Positions 50,651 through 60,811 of a DNA stretch of 62,090 nt are shown here, in pieces; position 1 is the stretch's first letter, and every line of letters starts with the position of its first letter. The position numbers and the translations under genes were made by a program. This stretch comes from Candidatus Aenigmatarchaeota archaeon. Its GTDB lineage: Archaea > Aenigmatarchaeota > Aenigmatarchaeia > GW2011-AR5 > JAGGXF01. The notes beneath the pieces are model-generated. The model was not told where the DNA came from. It saw nothing but the letters and a program-made list of their open reading frames with translations, and did not search any database. Where the stretch lies: contig JAGGXF010000014.1 of assembly GCA_021163205.1 (NCBI GenBank), forward strand, positions 1-62,090, read 5' to 3'.

Positions 50651-50974
50651 ATGAAGAGAGATATCAGTAAGGGAAAGCTTATTTACAAGCTTTTACAAAA
50701 AGTCCCAAAAGGTAAGGCAATAAGCTACGGGGAGCTTGCGCGCATAGGAAAAACATCTGCGAGGGCTGTGGGCATGTTCATGAAAACCAATAGAGACATG
50801 AAAAAGGTCCCGTGTTATAAAGTTGTGCGAAGCGATGGGAAAATTGGTGGTTACTCCGGGCCTGGTGGAGTTAAGAAAAAGATGGAACTGTTGAAAAAGG
50901 ATGGAATAAAAATAGAAATAAAAAAAGGCACTCCTTACATAAGAAAAAAATATATCTACAAGTTCAACAAATAA
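50651..50974 (+). CDS. MGMT/Ogt-family alkyltransferase C-terminal domain protein
   Basis: VPKG..SYGELA, ARAVG, VPCYKVV.SDG.IGGY motifs. Confidence 0.85.
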   Translation: MKRDISKGKLIYKLLQKVPKGKAISYGELARIGKTSARAVGMFMKTNRDMKKVPCYKVVRSDGKIGGYSGPGGVKKKMELLKKDGIKIEIKKGTPYIRKKYIYKFNK

Positions 50975-50998
50975 TTTGATTATACTCTCACTCATATA

Positions 50999-52087
50999 TC
51001 AGCGTGTTATTCGCTGGGTTTTCACAAATTCATAAAGTTCTCTTGCTTTTTCATTTTTTTCGAAATGTTCTCTGACTGGCTTTATTAAAAGATTTATGTA
51101 TTTTGCCACCGCGTTCTTAAGGTCCAAAGGATGTATGTCTCCTTGAAGATATGCTTTTTCAAGTTCGCCATAACTGGAAAATTCGACATCCCCGCCGAAC
51201 TTTGCAGGCCTCTCCAATTTCATTGTTTTGAATGATCTGAAAATGAGATATTTTGCATACTCCATAACAGGATTGTCTCTAGTGATTTTTTCCGGACAGT
51301 ATGCCTTTCTTATCTTTTCTTTTATTTCTTCTTCAGTATCATGAACAAATATGGCTGTAGAAACCTTACTCTTACTCATTTTTGAGCTGATCTCCTTGTC
51401 AAAGTTTTTATTCTCATCAAATCCCTCGGGCTCTTTAATTCCCTGTAATCCCATTAGCATATGATGACTTACAACAACAGGTTTCCACCAACCAAGTTTT
51501 GGACCGATTTCCCTTGCAAGAATATTAACCCTCCTCTGATCAAGACCAAGCTGACATATATCTGCTTCTAGTTGAAAGATGTCAGCACATTGCATCATAG
51601 GATAGATGTATTGAGCAACGTCTTTCAGCTCGCCTTCTTTTCTTCCCATAATGGAAAGACATCGCGTTGCCCGCTTTAGTGTCGTGCTTTTTCCAATAAG
51701 AACGACTTTTTTCCAGTACTCGCTTGAATTTACCAAATCACTTGCCCAAACAATATCTATCTTTTTTATATCCACACCGGCTGCTTTCCAAACTTCTACA
51801 AAATATTTTCCAACTCGTTGGATTCTCTCAAGGTCTCCGCCCATTTTGTTATTTATCCATGCATGCCAATCTGCAATCAAGAGTTTGAAATGTATCCCTG
51901 CTTCTAGGAGATCTTTCAGATTCATTGCCCTATAAATACCAAAAGGCAGGTGAGCCATACCAGACGGTTCGAATCCATCATACGCTATCGGGTGTTTTTT
52001 TTCTCCTAATAATTCAAGTAGCTCTTCTTCTGTAACGATCTCCTCAGCTACCCCTTTTATTAATCTGAGCTTTCTATCCAAATTCAT
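50999..52087 (-). CDS. tyrS: Tyrosyl-tRNA synthetase (archaeal type)
   Basis: YDGFEPSG, ADWHA, YPMMQCAD, GLDQR, KMSKS, HPLDLK motifs. Confidence 0.95.
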   Translation of the reverse strand: MNLDRKLRLIKGVAEEIVTEEELLELLGEKKHPIAYDGFEPSGMAHLPFGIYRAMNLKDLLEAGIHFKLLIADWHAWINNKMGGDLERIQRVGKYFVEVWKAAGVDIKKIDIVWASDLVNSSEYWKKVVLIGKSTTLKRATRCLSIMGRKEGELKDVAQYIYPMMQCADIFQLEADICQLGLDQRRVNILAREIGPKLGWWKPVVVSHHMLMGLQGIKEPEGFDENKNFDKEISSKMSKSKVSTAIFVHDTEEEIKEKIRKAYCPEKITRDNPVMEYAKYLIFRSFKTMKLERPAKFGGDVEFSSYGELEKAYLQGDIHPLDLKNAVAKYINLLIKPVREHFEKNEKARELYEFVKTQRITR

Positions 52088-52194
52088 GAAATCACTATAA
52101 TTTCCTATGAATAGATATGGTATTAAAATTTAAAATCAATCACTATGACTTATATATAAGTCTAAATAAAAAATAAATAAGATATAACAAGAAG

Positions 52195-53463
52195 GTGATG
52201 AAAATAAAAGCAACTTTCCTTGGTGGTGCCGGAGAAGTAGGTAAATCTAGCATCATGATAAGTGATAATAAAATTAATATCATGCTTGATTATGGCGTAA
52301 AGCTGCAAGAAGAACCCGTTGAATATCCTATACTACCAAGAGAAAAGATAGATGTTGTTATTCCGTCGCACGCACATTTGGATCATTCTGGAGCAGTTCC
52401 AATACTCTTTAAAAGGGGAGAACCAAAAGTTATTGCTACTGACTTGACCCTAGAACTGAGCTATCTACTTCTTAATGACTCACTAAAGATCTCAAAAAAA
52501 AGAAGAGAGCGATTACCATTTTCAAAAAGGGACCTAAAGAGCATGATGAGAAATTCGACACCGATTAGGTATCGAACACCGAAAAAAATAGGTGGTATAA
52601 AAATTGAGCTTTTTGATGCTGGACACATCCCTGGAAGCGCCTCAATACTCATGTCTAAGGAGAAAAAGATTTTTTACACCGGAGATATAAAAATGAAAGA
52701 CTCGAGACTTTTGAACGGGTGTTCGCTACCAGACAAAACAGATGTTCTTATCATAGAAAGTACTTATGGTGATAAAAAACAGCCGAAAAGAGAGGACGAA
52801 GAAAAAAAATTAAAGAGATATGTAAGAGAGGCGTTGACAAATAACGATATCGCACTAATCCCCACGTTTGCTGTGGGACGCGCGCAAGAAATTTTGCTGG
52901 TCTTGGAAGAATTTGCGGACTTTATAGCAATAGATGGTATGGCCAAGCAGGCAACAGAGATTATTTACTATTATAAAAGGTACATTAAAAACTCTGAAAA
53001 ACTGAAAAAAATTATGAAAAGAATAACTTGGATAAGAAACATGAGACAAAGAAAGAATATAATTAGAAAAGGTGGTATAGTTCTCACGACAGCAGGAATG
53101 CTCGGTGGCGGTCCAATCATTTTTTATCTTCAGGAGCTTCACGACAATCCGAAAACAAAAATATTGTTTAGTGGGTTTCTTGTTGAAGACACGCCGGGTT
53201 ACAATCTTCTCAAGACGGGTGTATATTCTAATGAAGAAATGGTTGGAGAAAAAAACAACTTCAAGGTTAAGTGTGAAATGCATAGACTTGATTTCTCCGC
53301 TCATGCTGACCGAGAGGAATTGTTGAACATCATCAAAAAACTTTCTCCGAAAAAAGTCATATGTGTACACGGAGATAACCCAAAGAAATTTGCCAAAGAT
53401 GTTGAAGAAATTTTCAATATAGATGCTTTTGCCCCTAAAATAGGAGAAGAAATTGTTCTTTGA
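52195..53463 (+). CDS. beta-CASP metallo-beta-lactamase ribonuclease
   Basis: GGAGEVGKS, SHAHLDHSG, AGHIPGS, ESTYG, FAVGRAQE, FSAHAD, VHGD motifs. Confidence 0.92.
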   Translation: MMKIKATFLGGAGEVGKSSIMISDNKINIMLDYGVKLQEEPVEYPILPREKIDVVIPSHAHLDHSGAVPILFKRGEPKVIATDLTLELSYLLLNDSLKISKKRRERLPFSKRDLKSMMRNSTPIRYRTPKKIGGIKIELFDAGHIPGSASILMSKEKKIFYTGDIKMKDSRLLNGCSLPDKTDVLIIESTYGDKKQPKREDEEKKLKRYVREALTNNDIALIPTFAVGRAQEILLVLEEFADFIAIDGMAKQATEIIYYYKRYIKNSEKLKKIMKRITWIRNMRQRKNIIRKGGIVLTTAGMLGGGPIIFYLQELHDNPKTKILFSGFLVEDTPGYNLLKTGVYSNEEMVGEKNNFKVKCEMHRLDFSAHADREELLNIIKKLSPKKVICVHGDNPKKFAKDVEEIFNIDAFAPKIGEEIVL

Positions 53464-53498
53464 ACTCTTTAGCTGGGGGTGAACTTGTGGTTGATGAT

Positions 53499-54545
53499 AT
53501 GTTAGAGATAGATGGCTCTTATCTTGAAGGTGGTGGTCAGATAGTAAGAACGTCTTTAGCGCTATCATCTATAACAGGAAAAGCGTGTAAGATAATAAAC
53601 ATAAGGAAAGGAAGACCGGTGCCGGGACTGAAAACACAACATCTTCAGGCAGTAAAGGCTGTTGCCGCCCTTTGTGAAGCTAACGTTATGGGTGCTGAAT
53701 TAAAATCGACTATTCTCGCTTTCAAACCAAGAAAAATAAATATTGAAAATATAAGAATAGATATACCAACAGCAGGTTCTGTTGGGCTTGTGTTGCAAGC
53801 TCTTATGATACCTGCGGCACATGCAAAAAAAATCGTGAACATAGAAATCAACGGCGGGGCAACAACAGGAAAGTGGGCAGTCCCAGTAAATTATATAAAA
53901 TATGTTCTATTACCGATTCTAGAAAAGATTGGATATCAAGCAGAACTTGAAATTATCAAATATGGCTACTATCCAAAAGGTGGAGCAAAAGTTAAGATGA
54001 AGGTCTTTCCAGTAAAAAAGTTCTTACCTGTCTCTATCTTAGAGCAAGGAAAAGTAAAGGCTTTGCGTGGCATTTCTCACGCTTCTCAAGAATTAAAAGT
54101 GGCCCGCGTAGCAGAAAGACAGGCAAGAGCCGCAAAAAGTGCTATGGTAGATGTCTTAAAAGAAATTGGAAACGGAGAAATAAAGACCACGTATGTTGAG
54201 ACAAACTCTACTGGTTCTGGAATAGACCTCTGGATAGAAACAAAAAATTCTGTTGTTGGAGCGAATGGACTTGGGGAACTGAAAAAAAGAGCGGAAATTG
54301 TAGGAGAAGAGGCTGGAAAAAAATTATTGAAAGAATATAAATCTGGTGCTCCCATAGACTCCCATATGGCTGATCAGATCATACCTTATCTAGGTCTTGC
54401 TTCTATGGAGAAAAAATGCGAGATAAGGGTCTCAGAAATAACAAACCACACCAAAACAAATATTTGGGTCACAGAAAAATTTCTGCCTGTTAGATTCGAA
54501 ATAAATAAAAAGAAAAAAATAATAAAATGCAAAGCAATAGACTAA
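53499..54545 (+). CDS. rtcA: RNA 3'-terminal phosphate cyclase
   Basis: IDGSYLEGGGQIVR, IRKGR..PGL..QH, GYYPKGG, DSHMADQ motifs. Confidence 0.94.
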   Translation: MLEIDGSYLEGGGQIVRTSLALSSITGKACKIINIRKGRPVPGLKTQHLQAVKAVAALCEANVMGAELKSTILAFKPRKINIENIRIDIPTAGSVGLVLQALMIPAAHAKKIVNIEINGGATTGKWAVPVNYIKYVLLPILEKIGYQAELEIIKYGYYPKGGAKVKMKVFPVKKFLPVSILEQGKVKALRGISHASQELKVARVAERQARAAKSAMVDVLKEIGNGEIKTTYVETNSTGSGIDLWIETKNSVVGANGLGELKKRAEIVGEEAGKKLLKEYKSGAPIDSHMADQIIPYLGLASMEKKCEIRVSEITNHTKTNIWVTEKFLPVRFEINKKKKIIKCKAID

Positions 54546-55000
54546 TCTATTTTCAATTGTCTTGCTTTTTTCTTTGGGATTGCTCTGGGTAATTTTATCT
54601 CTAGAATACCATTCTTCATTTTAGCTGTTGCTTTCTCTGGTATAATTTTTTCAGGTAAAGAAAACTTTCTGTCAACTCTTGAAGAACTGGACTCGAAGAA
54701 TCCTTCTTCGTGCTTTTTACTTTTTTTCTCTGCAGTTATGTGAACACTATCTTCTGTCACTTCTATATTTACATCCTCCTTACTGAATCCGGGCAACTCT
54801 GCAACTACTATTATTTCATCGTCTGTTTTTCCGAATCGGATTCCTTTGAAGAACTTTGGAACAGAGAACTGGAACGTGAATGGTTCTGAAAAATCAAAAA
54901 AGCTACGCATTCTTTTGTCTATTTCTCTCTGAAAACTCCGCATATCTTCTAGTGGTTCTTCCCAGAAAAATGTGAAATCTCGTTTCTTTTTCTTTGCCAT
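54542..55000 (-). CDS. Small heat-shock protein (Hsp20)
   Basis: AELPGFSKEDV, A.MKNGILEIKLP motifs and a C-terminal LKID. Confidence 0.92.
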   Translation of the reverse strand: MAKKKKRDFTFFWEEPLEDMRSFQREIDKRMRSFFDFSEPFTFQFSVPKFFKGIRFGKTDDEIIVVAELPGFSKEDVNIEVTEDSVHITAEKKSKKHEEGFFESSSSRVDRKFSLPEKIIPEKATAKMKNGILEIKLPRAIPKKKARQLKID

Positions 55001-55042
55001 TTTCTCACCCCCGGTATATATATAAATATGAACTGACTTGAA

Positions 55043-55681
55043 TTAAGCTGTTGCTAAAATTTGTTTTATCAAAAAACCTGCCCCAACTGTTTTTGGCATA
55101 CCGTGCCCTGGCAAAAGACAATCAACTCGTAGTTTGGCAAGCTTTTCTATGGAGTTTATGAGATCTCTTTTACTCCCGCCGGGATAATCTGTCCTGCCTA
55201 TTCCGTCAGTAAAAATAGTATCTCCTGATATTAAAATTCTTTTTTTCTTTTCGTATAGACATATGGAACCCGGTGTGTGCCCGGGGGTGGGAATAACCTC
55301 AAAAGAAAAATTCTTGGTTTTTATAATATCTTTCTTGTCCAGTTCTATATCTGCCGTTATGGCCCTCGCTTTCTCATCAAAAAGTTCAGCCAAGGTGTTT
55401 TTTCCCGTTTCTAAACTTCTTTTATCCTTTTTATGTATGGCTATTTTTGCTTTCAACCAGTCTCTGAACTTCTTGTCTCCTCCCGTGTGATCAAAATGAC
55501 AATGGGTATTGACGATCAGTTTGAACTTCTTTGGTTTAAGCCCGAGCTTCAACATCTCTTCCTTGGTTTCTTTAAAAAAAGCTCCTGTTCCAGTATCAAC
55601 TATAACTTCTCCATCTATTATATAAATATTAGAATCAAATCCCACCCCATCCAACAAATAGATGCCTTTGTACACTTGCAT
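55043..55681 (-). CDS. MBL-fold hydrolase (glyoxalase II-like)
   Basis: THCHFDHTGG, TPGHTPGS, SGD, PGHG motifs. Confidence 0.9.
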   Translation of the reverse strand: MQVYKGIYLLDGVGFDSNIYIIDGEVIVDTGTGAFFKETKEEMLKLGLKPKKFKLIVNTHCHFDHTGGDKKFRDWLKAKIAIHKKDKRSLETGKNTLAELFDEKARAITADIELDKKDIIKTKNFSFEVIPTPGHTPGSICLYEKKKRILISGDTIFTDGIGRTDYPGGSKRDLINSIEKLAKLRVDCLLPGHGMPKTVGAGFLIKQILATA

Positions 55682-55761
55682 TTTAACCTATTGTTAATTT
55701 ATTACAAATTTTAAAAAGCTTAATGAGAAATAATTATTAGTAGAATTAGATTGAACGTTGA

Positions 55762-56574
55762 TTAAAGTTCTTCAACCTTTCTTCCAATAAGATCATGTGT
55801 GTTCAGAGCTATATATTTATTTTTGTCTCTCAGTATCATAATATTACCTTTGATTGCAATGACTTTGCCATGTATTTGCTTTCCTTCAAGATTTTTCAGC
55901 AAGACCGGAACTTCTCTGACCTTATCGAGCTTATAATACCTTCTAAGGTCGTATATTTCTGGGGATATAACATATCCCAAAGCCTTTAATTTCTCTACAC
56001 AGCGTATAATCTTTTTCAGAGATTTGTTTGGGTCTCCAAAAAGATGTTCAAATTTTTCTGATCCATTGACCCTGTCAACAATACCGAGTTTCTTTGAGAC
56101 CTCTTGTTCTATTTTTCTCGCCTTTTTCCCGTCTTTTATTTTCATCAGTTTTACTCCAAAATCTGCTCCCTGTTCCACAAGCCTTGTTTTCAGTCGAAAT
56201 GTTCTAGAAATGCCAACCTTAAGTAGAGAATTGAAAGAGACTAGGTAAAGGAAGAACTCATCAGACATACACTGTCGCCTAGCATTCGTGTTCAAACAAA
56301 CCGATCCATCACACTTGACACACCTGAAATATTCATCAAGTTGCATGCATATCTGACATTTAGAACCCCGTGATATTTCTGAATTTTTCGGACACGGTCT
56401 ATAACCATTTTTCCAATAACCCGTGCAATACTTTTTCCCTATTTTCCATGATAGCTCCGTGTTGTCAAAAAGCTTTATTGTTTTTATATCTTTAGTATTG
56501 CCATTTATTCTGACTTGCAGAAACGGTTCCATATTCTCCCAAAAAATTCTGAAGACCTGCCCAGAACCAATCAT
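55762..56574 (-). CDS. Cys-rich hypothetical protein (DUF2797-like)
   Basis: YCTG..CP..C..C..C..C, then LYL....LKVGIS.....RLVEQGAD, and IKG near the C-terminus. Confidence 0.7.
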   Translation of the reverse strand: MIGSGQVFRIFWENMEPFLQVRINGNTKDIKTIKLFDNTELSWKIGKKYCTGYWKNGYRPCPKNSEISRGSKCQICMQLDEYFRCVKCDGSVCLNTNARRQCMSDEFFLYLVSFNSLLKVGISRTFRLKTRLVEQGADFGVKLMKIKDGKKARKIEQEVSKKLGIVDRVNGSEKFEHLFGDPNKSLKKIIRCVEKLKALGYVISPEIYDLRRYYKLDKVREVPVLLKNLEGKQIHGKVIAIKGNIMILRDKNKYIALNTHDLIGRKVEEL

Positions 56575-56664
56575 AAAGATATATTTTATTTGATACTATA
56601 CTTAAAGTTTTTACAAAATCAATAAAAGATAGTTTTAAAAACATTCTTGGCTTTAAAAGAAAAT

Positions 56665-56796
56665 ATGAAAGAAATTGTTATCTCTTGTCCCCGTTGCAAA
56701 GCCATCAACAAAATAGAGATGAGGCTTCTATATGATGGTGGGGAACATTTCTTCGAGTGTCATAACTGTGGCGAGCCACTTCTTGACCTCGAGTGA
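56665..56796 (+). CDS. 43-aa zinc-ribbon microprotein
   Basis: Below the ORF-track cutoff. Reads MKEIVISCPRCKAINKIEMRLLYDGGEHFFECHNCGEPLLDLE*, with two CxxC motifs. TTTTAAAA lies about 25 nt upstream. Confidence 0.7.
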   Translation: MKEIVISCPRCKAINKIEMRLLYDGGEHFFECHNCGEPLLDLE

Positions 56797-56844
56797 ATAA
56801 TTAGACAATCGTTTGGATTAGCCAAACAAAACTAAAAGCCTGAC

Positions 56845-59800
56845 CTATATCTGATAATCAATGTCTATATCTTTGCTTTCTATACGTTCCCTTATTTTTG
56901 TTATCTCTTGTTGCATCTGATCCAAGACTTCGGCCATAATTTTTTCCAATTCGGTACCGCGTCCGACAAAACTTTCCTCTATGGTTCCGTTGTACATTCT
57001 TGTCCATAATTTACCTTTTGGGCATACCAATACCGTTTGTTGTTCACTACTGTTTTCAAATATGTCTATCATAGCATCGTCAACGACGAATATTCTTTGC
57101 ACAGATTTAGGAGATTTTTTTATTTTTAGATACTCTATATTGTTCCAATACTCAAAAACAGAAGAAGCATCTTTTATAACATATCTGACGGTTTCAAACG
57201 GATTTTTCAGTTCTTCTCCCAACAAACCTGGGCCATACATCTTTTTATATTCCATTGGTAATTTTTGCTTTGACCGGTGCTCCTTTTCTTCTACGGTGAA
57301 AACAATGCTTCTCGGCCCGGCCCTCTCACCGTTATCTGTCTTAATACCTACGGATACTTTCCATGTCCCCTCTGTCATGTTTTTTCTTATCATCTCTTTA
57401 TGTATGCCGCTTACCTGAATTGTTTTGTTTATGTATTCGACTGTTTCATTCGTTTCCAATCTTAATGTTAAGTTGACTGTCTGGTTTCTGTTGGATTTGA
57501 TATTAACGATAAATTCCTTTTCTGTTCGTGATATATTAGTTATGTTAAAGCTAAGTATATCAATAGGTGCATGGTAAGAAACAGAAACATTAATATCATC
57601 TATTATTGTTGCCTGACTCCCGTTGTATTGTATAGCAGCTACTGTTATTAATAAAACCTGTCTGCCATCTATCAACTGCTTTGTGTCATTCCAGATTGTC
57701 TGATTTGGGTAAACACCAGTGAAATTTTCTTTCTGATAGTATTTGTCTGGTTCTAATATCTGTGGAGTTGCGTTAACTGCGTGACTGATAATGTTCCATG
57801 ATACGTCATCTATAGTGGTATTGGTTGGCAATATAATACGCTTGTGATAGAGGGGAATGATTGGTTTATTGTACTCTAGTATGTAATCATCAGCGTTGTT
57901 CACAACTATCGTGTTGTTTTCTATGGTATAGTTTGTTTTTGTCTTAATCTGTGTTGCACCTCCTGGTGAAATAATCCAATTACTCTCTACATAACCAGGC
58001 GCTTCCAGTGATAGTGCTGGATCACCGTAGAGTATTCTTGTGTAATGTTCTTTGAGCGCATTTTTCATCCCACCCTCAACAGCAGAAAAGGTTATCCTGT
58101 TCTGAACCTCTTCATGCCTTTCTCCGAATATTAAAATATCATGCATCTCCTCGACGGCTTTGCCAATAGATTTCTTAGAGACAATTTGTTGAATAAAGGG
58201 AGCCAAAGTTAGAGCTGAGTTGACCTGGTGTATTATTCCGGTCTCGCCAACCAGAACCAGATTAGTTTTTTTCAGAAACTTGCTGGAGCTGTGTGCGCTC
58301 ATTGTATGTTCCAAAAACAGAATTTTTGGCTCATGAAAATCTAAATCATTGTGATATATGGTTTGATCAGACTCTGGATATGGATCTGATATAGTGCTCG
58401 CCCCGTCTGGATGAATGAGTAACTTATCGGTATCGCCGACGCCAAAATAGAAGAAGATGTTATAATCATGTGCGGTTCCGTGCCGATTAAGATATTCTAA
58501 AAGGTCTTCTTTTGTAAGTTTATCCAACTGGCCTATTCTAAGCATCTCAAAAAATTTTTCCCAGTCTGTTTCAACCAAAGCATATTTTGCTGTCAAAGCC
58601 CAGTTTATGTGTTTTTGCACGCTGAGTATTTTTAATAATTGTTGAACAAACAGATGTTCTAACTCTTTCCAAGTCCACGCTTCATCTATTGCTTTGTCCT
58701 TATTTACAGTCATAAAGTCAGTGAGTCGTTGTTCTGTAAGTCTTTTGACTTTGAATCCGAAAAGCCTTAACGACCAATCAGTTATCAGACCCTCGTCCAT
58801 GCCATTAGGCAATAAATCTAAATAAGAAGGAGACCTGTATTCTGCTGCTATCAAAACATTCTTCTTGTCTTTGACTTCTTTTCTGTTCCATATCCTTATA
58901 TTAGCTATCTGTATTGAATTGAAAAACCTCCCGACAGCCAAGTCCTGGTAACCATCTCCGTCACTATCTCCATAAAAAACATCCGTCTCTATATAGTCTC
59001 CATCTTTGTCATTAAAATACTCATCAGCTGGGTCTTCTACTAGTCCGAGTGGAACCCCAATAATTCCTAAAAACATTGTGTTATCAAATAAATAATCATC
59101 ACTCAACAGGTCTCTGCTCTGTAAGATGTCTATCGTCTCTTTTATTCTCTTTCTTGTTTCGTTAACAGTCTTTTCGTTGCTCCATCCTGGATTTATATCT
59201 ACAATCACAGGAAATGCTCCTCTAAGTCTGACGAGCTGTGGGAGAAGTGCTGATCTGTTGTCTCGAACATTGACAAGAGCAAGATAGTTTATTTTTTGTC
59301 TGGTAGAGCGCAACAACGAAAAATAATATTGCATGAGTTCTTCTTCTGTATCATAGACGTCCACCGACCCGTTGACCGTGCTAGAGCAGTCGAATGTACA
59401 GAACCATGCGTCTGGCGTGGGCTCTCTCGTAAGTCGCATATTCATCAGAGTTGCTATTACTCCCGCCCATAAAGACTTAGTTCTGTTATCATCAATGACT
59501 ATGACACCAGAGCCGGGCCATTGCTCTTTTATAAACTCTCTTTTGATGCCATATCCACCAAGGCGCACGTCGCTTGTTGAGAAAATCTCATTTGGGTCAT
59601 AATTATCAACAAAATATTGTATCTGGTCAAAATCATCCACGCCATATATCAAAACAGGATATTCTAAGATAGATGAAAAAAGAATATCGTCAAAATTATT
59701 ATCTGTTATCATCATAAGATGTTCTCTGTGTCTCGTCTTTGTATAGAAGTGGCCAATACCGGAACCGAGAATGCCGTCGTAGTTAACCGTAACAGAAATA

Positions 59801-60759
59801 GATAGATTCCCTACAAGTTTTGGTTTTTCTATTACCCATGCATATCTTCCTCCACCGTAATCAGCCCAATAGATGTCTCCGGTAGGTGCTTCTCCTTCAA
59901 CAAATATTGAGCTATTGGTATTATCCAAATCAATAACTGGCTGGCCATCTAAACTAACAGTAAAATTAATTCTCAGCCCGTTCGCTAGCGGGCTTGTTGT
60001 TTCTCCAATATCAGTTATATTAACACGCAGCCTGTTTATCGACGCCTGCCTTAAAAGGTACGACAGCGACGCGTTGATGATTTGCTTCATTGTCGGCGTC
60101 GGATGATAAATAGGAGACAGGCGGACACTAAAAAATGCTATCGCATTTTGATACGAAACAAGTGATGGAATGTTAATATAATTATTAATGTGCCCATTGT
60201 ATTCTTGATAGTAATGGCCTAAAATTGTACCAGATATGTTTCTGGTCTGATATCTATTTTGATCGTCTTGACCCGGGTATTGAACCCACAACAAAGCGCG
60301 CTGTCCTGGAGTAAAACTTTTTGTAATTTCACTGCTTTTTTCGATAACAATAGAAAGTTCATCATAAAAAATTGGATTCCAGTGATCTGACCTCTTTATC
60401 GCTCTTACATTTTCTATACCAAGACTTGTTGTCATAGCTATAGCATTATGTGTTAGAAAAATTTTACCGCCATATCGCATAAAGCTCCTAATCTTTTCCA
60501 GATTTTCCGGGTTTTCTAATCTATTAACAAGAAACTGTGGATTATTTCTCTCAGCCGAATGTATCCACAAAACCTTTGCAGATAAGTTGTCTAATGACGA
60601 TTGAACATTATAATCGAAACCAAAAGATTCCAGGAGGTTTACTGCGTTTTGTTCTTCTGTTGTTAGAGAGTTATTATTGTTCACTATAAGTGTTATGTCG
60701 GCCGAGAAAGAGATTTTAACCACAAGAAGAAATATAACAAAGTAGAATAGTTTCTTCAT
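56845..60759 (-). CDS. Large secreted protein with peptidase C25 (gingipain)-like and propeptide-like domains
   Basis: Signal peptide. DVFYGDSDGDGYQDLAVGRF and ILYGDPAL are C25-like. KPIIP..IILP...GVYP...GRQVLLI....QYN is propeptide-C25-like. Many NxS/T sequons. Confidence 0.65.
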   Translation of the reverse strand: MKKLFYFVIFLLVVKISFSADITLIVNNNNSLTTEEQNAVNLLESFGFDYNVQSSLDNLSAKVLWIHSAERNNPQFLVNRLENPENLEKIRSFMRYGGKIFLTHNAIAMTTSLGIENVRAIKRSDHWNPIFYDELSIVIEKSSEITKSFTPGQRALLWVQYPGQDDQNRYQTRNISGTILGHYYQEYNGHINNYINIPSLVSYQNAIAFFSVRLSPIYHPTPTMKQIINASLSYLLRQASINRLRVNITDIGETTSPLANGLRINFTVSLDGQPVIDLDNTNSSIFVEGEAPTGDIYWADYGGGRYAWVIEKPKLVGNLSISVTVNYDGILGSGIGHFYTKTRHREHLMMITDNNFDDILFSSILEYPVLIYGVDDFDQIQYFVDNYDPNEIFSTSDVRLGGYGIKREFIKEQWPGSGVIVIDDNRTKSLWAGVIATLMNMRLTREPTPDAWFCTFDCSSTVNGSVDVYDTEEELMQYYFSLLRSTRQKINYLALVNVRDNRSALLPQLVRLRGAFPVIVDINPGWSNEKTVNETRKRIKETIDILQSRDLLSDDYLFDNTMFLGIIGVPLGLVEDPADEYFNDKDGDYIETDVFYGDSDGDGYQDLAVGRFFNSIQIANIRIWNRKEVKDKKNVLIAAEYRSPSYLDLLPNGMDEGLITDWSLRLFGFKVKRLTEQRLTDFMTVNKDKAIDEAWTWKELEHLFVQQLLKILSVQKHINWALTAKYALVETDWEKFFEMLRIGQLDKLTKEDLLEYLNRHGTAHDYNIFFYFGVGDTDKLLIHPDGASTISDPYPESDQTIYHNDLDFHEPKILFLEHTMSAHSSSKFLKKTNLVLVGETGIIHQVNSALTLAPFIQQIVSKKSIGKAVEEMHDILIFGERHEEVQNRITFSAVEGGMKNALKEHYTRILYGDPALSLEAPGYVESNWIISPGGATQIKTKTNYTIENNTIVVNNADDYILEYNKPIIPLYHKRIILPTNTTIDDVSWNIISHAVNATPQILEPDKYYQKENFTGVYPNQTIWNDTKQLIDGRQVLLITVAAIQYNGSQATIIDDINVSVSYHAPIDILSFNITNISRTEKEFIVNIKSNRNQTVNLTLRLETNETVEYINKTIQVSGIHKEMIRKNMTEGTWKVSVGIKTDNGERAGPRSIVFTVEEKEHRSKQKLPMEYKKMYGPGLLGEELKNPFETVRYVIKDASSVFEYWNNIEYLKIKKSPKSVQRIFVVDDAMIDIFENSSEQQTVLVCPKGKLWTRMYNGTIEESFVGRGTELEKIMAEVLDQMQQEITKIRERIESKDIDIDYQI

Positions 60760-60811
60760 CTTTTTAATTTATTTCAAAAGAAATAAAAACTTGTCTAGTT
60801 ATTCATAATCT

